Origin: Patescibacteria group bacterium
GTDB lineage: Bacteria; Patescibacteriota; Microgenomatia; UBA1400; PJMF01
DNA length: 64,000 nucleotides
Direction: 5' to 3'
Assembly (NCBI GenBank): GCA_016861085.1
Contig: BOKR01000001.1
Location: forward strand, 1,098,040-1,162,039
Shown here: piece after piece, positions 30,179 to 38,397 of the stretch
Numbering within the stretch: position 1 is the stretch's first letter
Layout of the letters: the number at the start of each line of letters is the position of its first letter
Position numbers and translations under genes: made by a program
Notes under the pieces: model-generated
The model's input: the letters and a program-made list of their open reading frames with translations, nothing else
What the model was told of the DNA's origin: nothing
Database searches by the model: none

Positions 30179-30430
30179 TTTTTCACAACTGTGGATAACT
30201 CTGTGAATAAATAGTGTATAAATATGTGAATTAGTGTGAATAAAAAAAGTGAAATGTTGATAACTAATTACTTGTTAACAATTAAGGCACATAAATTCAC
30301 AACCATTATTAACATAAGAAAACCAGTAAAAAACACATATAATTCACACCATTATACTTGAGAAAAGTACCCGTAGTTATCCACGAAAGTGAGATGCCCT
30401 ACTACTAAAACTACTAGATATTTATATAAT
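30179..30430. other. oriC: Replication origin oriC (dnaA-dnaN intergenic)
   Basis: DnaA boxes TGTGGATAA (30190), TGTGAATAA (30202, 30235), TGTTGATAA (30255) and TTATCCACG (30377), then GCCC, DnaA-trio-like TACTACTAAAACTACTA (30400-30416) and an AT-rich stretch. Confidence 0.88.
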
Positions 30431-30454
30431 TACAACTAAACAAGGATCTCAAAC

Positions 30455-31564
30455 ATGAAATTAAAAGTACTACAAGAAAACCTTAATGGTTCACTCGCTC
30501 ATCTTTCAAAAGCTATCCCTAATAATCCCCAGCTTCCTGTTCTATCTTCAGTACTTATAACAACAGAAAATGGAATCTGTACTTTTAGTGCAACAGACTT
30601 GTATTTTGGAATTCGTTGTAGTTTGGTTGTAGACAGTGAAACTGATGGGTCTATCGTAGTTCCAGGGAAACAATTTAGAGAGATAGTTTCTTCTCTTGAT
30701 CCTGGAGTTTTAGAGCTTCTTTTTAAAGACAATTCACTTGCGATTGCAAATACAAAAACGAATATCTCTTTAGCTGGCTCATCCACACATGAATATCCTC
30801 CTTTTCCTCAAGTAGAAGGAGAAGAATATGTGTTTCCAATAGAATATTTAGAACAGATTGAAAACAACATCATCTTTAGTGCTTCAACAGATCAAGCAAG
30901 GCCTGTTTTAACTGCAGTACTATTCGTGTTTAATAATTCCGGTTTAACTTGTGTCAGCACAGACGGGTTTAGACTTTCAACGCTTATTGTTGATGATACC
31001 CAAAAATTTGAATCAAAAACATTCCTTATTCCAGCAAAAGCGCTCAGTGAAGTGTTTAAGATTGCTAGTAAACTTAAAGTGAAGGAAGTCCGTTTTAAGG
31101 TGTCTCAAGAACTAAAGCAAGTATTCTTTTCACTAGAAGGAGTTGAAGTTTTTGTAAGACTTATAGAAGGAGAATATCCACCTTATGAACGAATTATCCC
31201 TTCTTCTTTTACAACAGAAGTTGTTTTTGATACTGCTGAATTACTAGAAGCTCTTAAAAGAGCAATGATTTTTGCCAGAGAATCATCAAATATCGTCCGA
31301 TTTGAGATTTCTGAAAATAAAGTAATAATACACTCATCATCCCCTTCATTTGGGCAATATAAAGGCGAATTGCAGTTAGTCACTATTTCTGGAGAACAAA
31401 ATGAAATTGCATTTAATATTAAATATTTACTTGACTATTTGAGTGTCACTAAATCTGAAAAACAGTGGTTTGGTATGAGCGAAAGTTTAAAGCCTGCCCT
31501 GTTTATACCAGAAAATAATAAAAAACAAAGCTATGTTGTTATGCCATTTAAAGTAAATAATTAG
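30455..31564 (+). CDS. dnaN: DNA polymerase III beta sliding clamp
   Basis: SATDL, RPVLTAV, STDGFRLS, RLIEGEYPPY, AFNIKYLLD, YVVMP; directly after dnaA. Confidence 0.97.
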   Translation: MKLKVLQENLNGSLAHLSKAIPNNPQLPVLSSVLITTENGICTFSATDLYFGIRCSLVVDSETDGSIVVPGKQFREIVSSLDPGVLELLFKDNSLAIANTKTNISLAGSSTHEYPPFPQVEGEEYVFPIEYLEQIENNIIFSASTDQARPVLTAVLFVFNNSGLTCVSTDGFRLSTLIVDDTQKFESKTFLIPAKALSEVFKIASKLKVKEVRFKVSQELKQVFFSLEGVEVFVRLIEGEYPPYERIIPSSFTTEVVFDTAELLEALKRAMIFARESSNIVRFEISENKVIIHSSSPSFGQYKGELQLVTISGEQNEIAFNIKYLLDYLSVTKSEKQWFGMSESLKPALFIPENNKKQSYVVMPFKVNN

Positions 31565-31634
31565 AATATTTAGAGCCTTTTAAAGAATTTTTTTTCTGGT
31601 ACAATAGCATCCTCACGAATAGAAAGTTACAAGT

Positions 31635-31784
31635 ATGAAAAGAACTTGGAATCCAAAAAAACGCAAAAGAATTAGAAAACATGGCTTCATGAAGAGAATG
31701 GCCACCCTTTCTGGAAGAAACGTTCTCAAAAGAAGACGTTCTAAAGGCAGAAAAAGCCTAGCTGTTGCTAAAAAACAAAAATAA
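31635..31784 (+). CDS. rpmH: 50S ribosomal protein L34
   Basis: Manual translation [49 protein letters not shown]; 49 aa, below the ORF-track cutoff. Confidence 0.97.
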   Translation: MKRTWNPKKRKRIRKHGFMKRMATLSGRNVLKRRRSKGRKSLAVAKKQK

Positions 31785-31797
31785 AACTAAATAAAGG

Positions 31798-32133
31798 TTG
31801 TCAGTGTTGAGCAAGCAATTTAAATTACATTTGCGTCAAGAAACAGATTTTTTTTTACATTGCAAAAAAGTTCACTCCCCCTATTTTAGTTTATTTTATA
31901 CGGAATCAGAACAGTTCCAGATAACAGTGGTAGTTTCAAAAAAAATCTGTAAGTTAGCAACACAAAGAAACGCTGTTAAGAGAAGGTATACAAGTGCTCT
32001 ACAAGATCTTCTTGAAGAATTGCGTCAATTGAAAATTAAAGTAGCAATAGTTGTGCATGAAAAGGGTATTTCCTTGTCCGTAGCAGAAATTGCACAACAT
32101 ATTAAAATAAATGTACAAAAAATACGGATATAA
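31798..32133 (+). CDS. rnpA: Ribonuclease P protein component
   Basis: VVVSKK...ATQRNAVKRR (RNR motif); canonical position after rpmH. Confidence 0.9.
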   Translation: MSVLSKQFKLHLRQETDFFLHCKKVHSPYFSLFYTESEQFQITVVVSKKICKLATQRNAVKRRYTSALQDLLEELRQLKIKVAIVVHEKGISLSVAEIAQHIKINVQKIRI

Positions 32134-32320
32134 ATTTTTATTTTTCATCTACCAAGCAGGTAGACAAATGAGGTATTTTCTGTTAAAAAGTGTTTTTGGT
32201 ATAGTGATTCATTGTAAACACACCCCAACTTGCGGTACATATCTGTTTCAGCAAATAAAAAAACGAGGGATGTTTTTAGGATTAGTATTAGGATTGAAAC
32301 GAGTTGCTACCTGTTGGTAG
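32111..32320 (+). CDS. yidD: Membrane protein insertion efficiency factor YidD
   Basis: CKHTPTCGTY...RG...GLKRVATC; between rnpA and yidC. Confidence 0.8.
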   Translation: MYKKYGYKFLFFIYQAGRQMRYFLLKSVFGIVIHCKHTPTCGTYLFQQIKKRGMFLGLVLGLKRVATCW

Positions 32321-32339
32321 TAACATAGTAAGGACACAC

Positions 32340-33098
32340 ATGGAATTTATTACTCAAGGCTTTCAACAGTTATTAATGTTCTTAGTTGAAACGACTGGTT
32401 CACTTGGTTGGGCAATTATCGTTTTTACTTTTTTAGTGAGAAGCGCTCTTGTTCCAATCACTCTCCCCTCTTTAAGATCTACAAAAAAGATGATGGAACT
32501 CCAGCCAGAAATGAAAAAGCTTCAAAAACTTCATGGAAAAGATAGACAAGCCTTACAACAAGCTCAACTTGAATTGTATAAAAAATATAATGTTAATCCC
32601 CTTGCAGGCTGTGTTCCACAGTTAGCACAGTTGGTTATTTTAATTTTGTTATATCAAGCGTTAATAAAATTTATTGAGACAAATGGTGGATTAATAGACA
32701 TGAATTTCTTCTGGCTCAACCTATCCATTCCTGACTCTAAATATATCCTTCCAATTCTTGCAGTTATTACACAGTTAGTTCTTTCTTTAATGATTGCCCC
32801 AGGAGCTGAAACTCCAGATTTAGTTGCAAACAAATCTAAATCTAAAAAAATTCAAAAAGCAAATGAAAAAGAAGAAGATACTGCAGACATGGCCAGATCA
32901 ATGCAACAGCAAATGATGTTTATCATGCCATTAATGACAGGATTTATTGCGTTGCGATTCCCTTCTGGATTGGCATTGTATTGGGTAGCAACGACAGTGT
33001 TTAGTATCGGGCAACAATGGTATATTTCTGGTCCAGGTGGATTAGTTACGTATGCAAAAAGGGCTCAAGTATTTATTACTGCAAAATTAGGTAAATAA
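32340..33098 (+). CDS. yidC: Membrane protein insertase YidC
   Basis: GWAIIVFT..VR, LQPEMKKLQK, LYKKYNVNPLAGC, PSGLALYW; ATG at 32340 follows AAGGA. Confidence 0.95.
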   Translation: MEFITQGFQQLLMFLVETTGSLGWAIIVFTFLVRSALVPITLPSLRSTKKMMELQPEMKKLQKLHGKDRQALQQAQLELYKKYNVNPLAGCVPQLAQLVILILLYQALIKFIETNGGLIDMNFFWLNLSIPDSKYILPILAVITQLVLSLMIAPGAETPDLVANKSKSKKIQKANEKEEDTADMARSMQQQMMFIMPLMTGFIALRFPSGLALYWVATTVFSIGQQWYISGPGGLVTYAKRAQVFITAKLGK

Positions 33099-33109
33099 TA
33101 AGGAAAAAA

Positions 33110-33580
33110 ATGACAATTGAAACTTTTTTAACACAACTATGTGAACACTGCGGAGTCGCAAAAGAAGATATTAAACTTGATATAGAAAATTTAGAATCAG
33201 AAATAATTATTGATTTACATCTTCCAGAAGAAGATTCAGGAATCTTCATTGGGCACCATGGTGAAGGAATTGATTCTATACAAAGATTGTTGAGAATTAT
33301 TTTTCAAGACGATACATCAAAAGACACAGATAAAAAAATTACCCTTAATATAAATAACTATAGAGAAAAACGTTCAGATAGATTAAAAGATTTAACTTAC
33401 ACAATTGGAAATAAAGTACTTCAAACAGGTAATCCATATACATTTAATTCATATTTACCAGCTCACGAGCGGTTTATTGTTCACTCTACTCTTTCTGAAG
33501 AGCCAGGATTTGGAGAACTTGAAAGCGTTTCAAGTGGAGACGGCAGAAACAGAAAATTGACAATCCAATTAAAAAAATAA
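33110..33580 (+). CDS. jag: Jag/KhpB RNA-binding protein (KH + R3H)
   Basis: IGHHGEGIDSIQ (KH) and ERFIVH...SSGDG (R3H); after yidC. Confidence 0.88.
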   Translation: MTIETFLTQLCEHCGVAKEDIKLDIENLESEIIIDLHLPEEDSGIFIGHHGEGIDSIQRLLRIIFQDDTSKDTDKKITLNINNYREKRSDRLKDLTYTIGNKVLQTGNPYTFNSYLPAHERFIVHSTLSEEPGFGELESVSSGDGRNRKLTIQLKK

Positions 33581-33581
33581 T

Positions 33582-33995
33582 ATGAGATACCAAATTTACA
33601 CAGATGGTGGTTCTAGAGGTAATCCAGGAGACGCAGCCATTGGCGGTGTTGTATATGGTTTAAAAAAAGAGATAGTTTTTGAATTTTCAAAATACATTGG
33701 TGTTGCAACAAATAATGAAGCAGAATATACAGCAGTATTAACGGCACTTGAGTGGGCTTTACAACATACAACAGGTGTAGAAGCTATTGATTTTAATTTA
33801 GATTCAAAACTTGTTGTTGAGCAAATGAATAAAAAGTGGAAAATTAAAGAGCCAAGAATGTTGGTTCTAGCTCAAAAGTGTTGGGATTTAATTAAAGAAT
33901 TAGGAATTGAAGTAACGTTTTCACACGTCATGCGCGAAAAAAATAAAGAAGCAGATTTATTAGTTAATCAGGCGCTTGATGCACATCAACAGTAA
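33582..33995 (+). CDS. rnhA: Ribonuclease HI
   Basis: YTDGGSRGNPG, TNNEAEY, DSKLVVEQ, HVMREKNKEADLL. Confidence 0.93.
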   Translation: MRYQIYTDGGSRGNPGDAAIGGVVYGLKKEIVFEFSKYIGVATNNEAEYTAVLTALEWALQHTTGVEAIDFNLDSKLVVEQMNKKWKIKEPRMLVLAQKCWDLIKELGIEVTFSHVMREKNKEADLLVNQALDAHQQ

Positions 33996-34047
33996 TTGAT
34001 ACACAAAAAACCTCTTTAACTCTCTTCAGCTTTTTTTTACAATAAAA

Positions 34048-36969
34048 ATGATGTCTAGACTTGTAACCCAACTGGTCGCTGAAGAACCAGCGGTTGTTTT
34101 ATTGGGAGAAGATACTATTTTGAGAAAAACAGTTGCTTCTGTTTTAAATGACCAGAATGTACTGGTTGAATTTTTGTCAGCAAGTACTCTTTCTCAAAAT
34201 ATCACCAAACTGCAAAATGCATATAAAATTGTTTGGATTTGTGATCGAGAAAAAAAATCAGAAGAATATGCAGAGGGTTTTCAGTATCTTTCTCAATTTT
34301 CTTCAAAAGTTTTACTTGTTGTACCTATTTTTACCGGAGTTAATTCATGTCAAAGTGACATGTTGCAACGTTGGGTTATAGATACTCAAAAACAAGAACA
34401 GTTTATTGTTGATTGTAATTACTACTTGCAGTCTTCAAGCTTTCTTTTTGGAGAAAATATTATTGGTAATAATAATGATATATCAATATTTAATTATTTG
34501 TTTAACACAATACAAAAAAATATTTTAGTAGATCCATTAATAGATATCTCTTTTATAAGTCTTGATGATTTTGTTACCCAAATAGCTTCGCTTATCTTTG
34601 TTCCTAAAAAACAAGTTAGTAGCCTAATTACTGGAAAAGCAGTAAATAGTATAAGTTTCATTAGTCTAGTTAAAAAATTATATGATGCATATCACAACAC
34701 TAACTTAGAGATAGTTCAGGATAAAATTAGTAAGTCTCAAAGCATTCCTTTTTCAGTTCAAGAAAAACAGATTCAGACAGATATACGAACCATTGCAACT
34801 TACTTGGTTAAAAAGTTACCCGCACCAACTAAAAAAGAGGAAGTTTCTGTAAAAGTTCCCTTTCCTCAACCTGTACTAGAGACTGTCCCAATTCAAAAAC
34901 AAACTTTTACAGAAGAGATCCCTATAAACTTAATAACCCCAGAACCAATTGGAGTGCAACAAGTCGAATCAAAATCACAGCAACAGCCAGCTGTAGAACC
35001 AGAAATTAAACCAGCCTTAGAAGAGGTTGACCTCAATAAAGAAATTCAAAGAATTTTTAAAGACACAAGAACAGAACAAAAAGTTGAGAGAGTTGAAAAA
35101 ATTGTTAAATCAACTAAGACTATTACTAAAAAATCAAAACGCAAAACAAAGTTATTTTATGGTGGTTTACTTGCCATTGGTATGGCAGTAGGAATGATAG
35201 TGTTGGCTTTTACTTATCTAGTATCAGGTTCAATATTAAAAAAACAAATAATTAGTTTTTTAACAGAAACAGCAACTACTCAATCTTTAGCAACTTCTCC
35301 TGGAGTATCGCTAATAAAAACTGCAGATTTTGTAAATTCTCAAACAGAACTGTATAGCCAAATAATTGAATTGGCTGTAATTGCTCAAAATTCTGTTCTA
35401 GTAAATTTAACCAAAGGATTTGTAGAACTTCCAGAAGTTTTACTGAGAGCCGATGAGGCTTCAAAAAACCTTGTTATTAATATTCTAACTGGAACTATCG
35501 GAAACACAGGTGAATTGACCGAAATACTCACTCAGAGCGTCTCGGAGGCCTATGAAAAGCTTTCGCTTATTCAAGCAACCTTAGAGCAAATCGATTTGGG
35601 TGAAAATTCAGAAAAACAACAAACTGTTATTGAACAAATCGGAAAAGAAATTCAAGATATTCGATATGGACTCGAAATACATCAAGAATTACAGCAAATA
35701 CTTCCAGAAATGGTTGGAATACACGAAAAAAGAACCTATGCTCTACTCTTGCAAAATAACCAAGAACTCAGACCAACTGGCGGGTTTATTCAGGCAATTG
35801 CCCTCCTTAACTTTGATAAGGGCAGTTTAGTTTCTTATCAAGTTTATTCTGTTTATGAGTTAGATAAAAAACTTCCTGGACAAGTTGTTCCTCCAGACGA
35901 AATAAAACTACATCTTGGAGAAACAAATTGGTTTTTAAGGGATAGTAATTGGGATCCGGATTTTTCTAGAACAAGCAAACAAGTAACTTGGTTTTTAGAA
36001 AAAGCTCTTGGAGTACAAGTTGATGGAGTTATTTCCTTAAATGTATTCAGTCTTGAGGACCTTTTAAAGGCCGTAGGGCCCATTGACCTCCCTGAATATA
36101 ACGAAGTTATAACAGATAAAAATATTGAAGAGCGTATGGAATTTCATTCAGAAGTGGTTCTAGTAGATTCCCCTGAAGCAGTTGACTATTCGGTAAAAAT
36201 TCTTTCAGAAACTCTTGCTGCTCTATCAGCCTTAAAAGAAGAAAATGTACAAACTCTTCTCTCTGGGTTAAATAATTCCCTTGAAACAAAACAGACACAG
36301 ATCTATTCTCGATTTGAAAGTGAACAATCCATACTGCAGACACTTGGTTGGGCCGGTGTTTTGACTCAACCCTCCTGCCCTTCTCGATTAAGCGTAGTTG
36401 ATTGTTTAGTGGATACAATGACCCAGGTTGAAGCAAATATCGGGATAAATAAAGCGAATTATTATCTTGAAAGGTCTATTAATCATAAAATTTCTGTTTC
36501 AAAAACAGAGGCACAGCATGTGAGAACAATTGTTTTTAATAATAAAGCTCAATCAAACTCCTGGCCAAAAGGCACATATAAAACATATCTTAGATTTTAT
36601 GTAAATTCTAATTCAAAAATAGAAAAAGTATTGATAAATGGCTCAGAATTAACCATAAATCAAATTTTTCAGACACAAGAGAATGGATTTGATGTTGTCG
36701 GAGTAAGAGTTGATGTGCCAATTCAAAAACAAATCACCGTAGAACTTGTCTACTCTACCCCATTAAGTACAAATGAAGCTTTTTCATATGTCTTTTATAA
36801 CAGAAAACAGTCTGGTCTAGATGACGATCCATTTTCTGTGAGCATTACACATACTCCAGATATTAAACCAGTATTGATTGCTCCAAGCGCTACAATTTCA
36901 GGTAATACAATAACCTTCTCTACTCTGTCTCTAGACGACGCTTCACTTTTTGGTGTCCAGTTTGAATAG
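34048..36969 (+). CDS. DUF4012-domain membrane protein
   Basis: YALLLQNNQELRPTGGFI, LRDSNWDPDF, VDGVI, NIGINKANYY; central TM. Confidence 0.8.
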   Translation: MMSRLVTQLVAEEPAVVLLGEDTILRKTVASVLNDQNVLVEFLSASTLSQNITKLQNAYKIVWICDREKKSEEYAEGFQYLSQFSSKVLLVVPIFTGVNSCQSDMLQRWVIDTQKQEQFIVDCNYYLQSSSFLFGENIIGNNNDISIFNYLFNTIQKNILVDPLIDISFISLDDFVTQIASLIFVPKKQVSSLITGKAVNSISFISLVKKLYDAYHNTNLEIVQDKISKSQSIPFSVQEKQIQTDIRTIATYLVKKLPAPTKKEEVSVKVPFPQPVLETVPIQKQTFTEEIPINLITPEPIGVQQVESKSQQQPAVEPEIKPALEEVDLNKEIQRIFKDTRTEQKVERVEKIVKSTKTITKKSKRKTKLFYGGLLAIGMAVGMIVLAFTYLVSGSILKKQIISFLTETATTQSLATSPGVSLIKTADFVNSQTELYSQIIELAVIAQNSVLVNLTKGFVELPEVLLRADEASKNLVINILTGTIGNTGELTEILTQSVSEAYEKLSLIQATLEQIDLGENSEKQQTVIEQIGKEIQDIRYGLEIHQELQQILPEMVGIHEKRTYALLLQNNQELRPTGGFIQAIALLNFDKGSLVSYQVYSVYELDKKLPGQVVPPDEIKLHLGETNWFLRDSNWDPDFSRTSKQVTWFLEKALGVQVDGVISLNVFSLEDLLKAVGPIDLPEYNEVITDKNIEERMEFHSEVVLVDSPEAVDYSVKILSETLAALSALKEENVQTLLSGLNNSLETKQTQIYSRFESEQSILQTLGWAGVLTQPSCPSRLSVVDCLVDTMTQVEANIGINKANYYLERSINHKISVSKTEAQHVRTIVFNNKAQSNSWPKGTYKTYLRFYVNSNSKIEKVLINGSELTINQIFQTQENGFDVVGVRVDVPIQKQITVELVYSTPLSTNEAFSYVFYNRKQSGLDDDPFSVSITHTPDIKPVLIAPSATISGNTITFSTLSLDDASLFGVQFE

Positions 36970-37027
36970 CGATAAATCAACATATTTTGTTTATTGTTTT
37001 TGATAAGATTTTTTGATATTTTCAAGA

Positions 37028-37135
37028 AGACATATGGTTGTCGTGTGTATCCGAGGAAGGGTACGCCAGGTAAGAGATTTCACTTTTGGAAGGCCTGCGG
37101 GTAGAAGCGGAGCTGCAGGTACTTGATATATGTCT
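37028..37135 (+). ncRNA. Candidate structured ncRNA (multi-stem junction), family not identified
   Basis: GC-rich intergenic block closed by AGACATAT/ATATGTCT, with internal stems GTGTATCC/GGGTACGC, AAGAG/CTTTT and CCTGCGG/CTGCAGG. The G-U pairs favour the + strand. Confidence 0.5.
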
Positions 37136-37214
37136 CATTCGCTGTATACTAAGTACGGTAGTAATTCTAGTGGGAAAAACACAAATTTTTTCCTAAGAAA
37201 GTAATACATACTAT

Positions 37215-37904
37215 ATGATAAGTTCTTCAGAGAAGGTTCTTTTTCACGTCTTTTCACGCGACGTAGCAGGCACAAGTTCTGCAAAGAAACTCAGAAAACA
37301 AGGAAAAGTAGTCGGGAACGTATATGGTCTGGGATCAGACTCTGTAGGCGTTTACATGGATAAAAATGCTATTAAAAAGCTTTATGCAGCACATGGTGAC
37401 ACTGGTTTAATTTACCTTCAAATCGGTGAATCAAAACAACAGGTGCCAGTCTTGATTTCAGATTATATGACCGATCCTTTTGGTGAAAATGTACTTAATG
37501 TAGCTTTTAGAAGGGTAGACCTTTCTGATCCAATTAAGGCGGAAGTATCAGTCTATATGGTTGGTGAAGCAAATATTCCAGAAGCTGTTGTTTCACTGGT
37601 TAAAGATAGTGTCGAAGTCGAGGCATTACCAGCCGATCTTCCAGATAAATTTGAGATTGATATATCAAGTCTTACTGAAATTGGCCAAACAATTAGTTTA
37701 GCAGACTTAGTCTATGATAAGAGCAAGGTAACATTAGTCCTTGAAGAAGATGAAAAACCAGAGGAAATCTTATTGGTCATTGTTCAAGAGATTGCTGGCG
37801 AAGTCGCCGAAGAGGAAACTCCAGAAACAGTTGTTGAAGGTGAGGTTTCTCAAGAAGAAGGGACTGCGGAAACAGCAGCTCCAGAAGAGAAAAAAACAGA
37901 ATAA
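37215..37904 (+). CDS. rplY: 50S ribosomal protein L25 (CTC-type, long form)
   Basis: KKLRKQGKVVGNVYG, VEVEALPADLP..FEIDISSL; acidic tail. Confidence 0.92.
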   Translation: MISSSEKVLFHVFSRDVAGTSSAKKLRKQGKVVGNVYGLGSDSVGVYMDKNAIKKLYAAHGDTGLIYLQIGESKQQVPVLISDYMTDPFGENVLNVAFRRVDLSDPIKAEVSVYMVGEANIPEAVVSLVKDSVEVEALPADLPDKFEIDISSLTEIGQTISLADLVYDKSKVTLVLEEDEKPEEILLVIVQEIAGEVAEEETPETVVEGEVSQEEGTAETAAPEEKKTE

Positions 37905-37924
37905 TTTTTTATTTGAAATAAATT

Positions 37925-37956
37925 AAAAACCCCCGATTTTTATCGGGGGCTTTTTT
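37925..37956. terminator. Intrinsic terminator, likely bidirectional
   Basis: AAAAA-CCCCCGAT-TTTT-ATCGGGGG-CTTTTTT between convergent genes. Confidence 0.85.
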
Positions 37957-37977
37957 GTCTGATTCATTTACTATTTT

Positions 37978-38397
37978 TTATTCAAAAATTGGATTGTTTG
38001 GATCGATTATTCTAGCTGTATTTTTATATTCTTCAGCTTTTTGTGTTTCACCTAGGGCAGCATAGAGTAGAGAAAGGTTTAATAAAATATCTCTGGAATG
38101 GGGCTGAATAGCAAGTACCTTCTCAAGAGAGTTGATCTCTAATGCGATTTGTTCTTTAGTCATTCTTTTAGCAACAAACAAATCGACATTTTTAGGAATA
38201 ACTGCAGAGGCAGAAACAACCTCGACGGGTTTTTGTGTAGTGTTTAAAAGCGAAATTCCACCAATAAACAAAACTAACCCAATAATAAAAAAGGCTAAAA
38301 TAGCGGGCTTTGTTTTATTAGAAAAATTGGCAGTTAATTTTAAAATAAAAACGAATAAATGAAGTGCAAGTCGTAGTTTAAACAGTAGAAATTTCAT
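37978..38397 (-). CDS. Small TM-anchored TPR-like protein
   Basis: TM, then LEKVLAIQPHSRDILLNLSLLYAALGETQKAEEYKNTARIIDPNN (TPR pattern). Confidence 0.7.
   Translation of the reverse strand: MKFLLFKLRLALHLFVFILKLTANFSNKTKPAILAFFIIGLVLFIGGISLLNTTQKPVEVVSASAVIPKNVDLFVAKRMTKEQIALEINSLEKVLAIQPHSRDILLNLSLLYAALGETQKAEEYKNTARIIDPNNPIFE

Noticed and set aside
37028-37135. Assignment as SRP RNA, RNase P RNA or 5S rRNA
   Set aside because: CAGG/GGAA and GAGGAA words occur but not in the canonical contexts; left unassigned.
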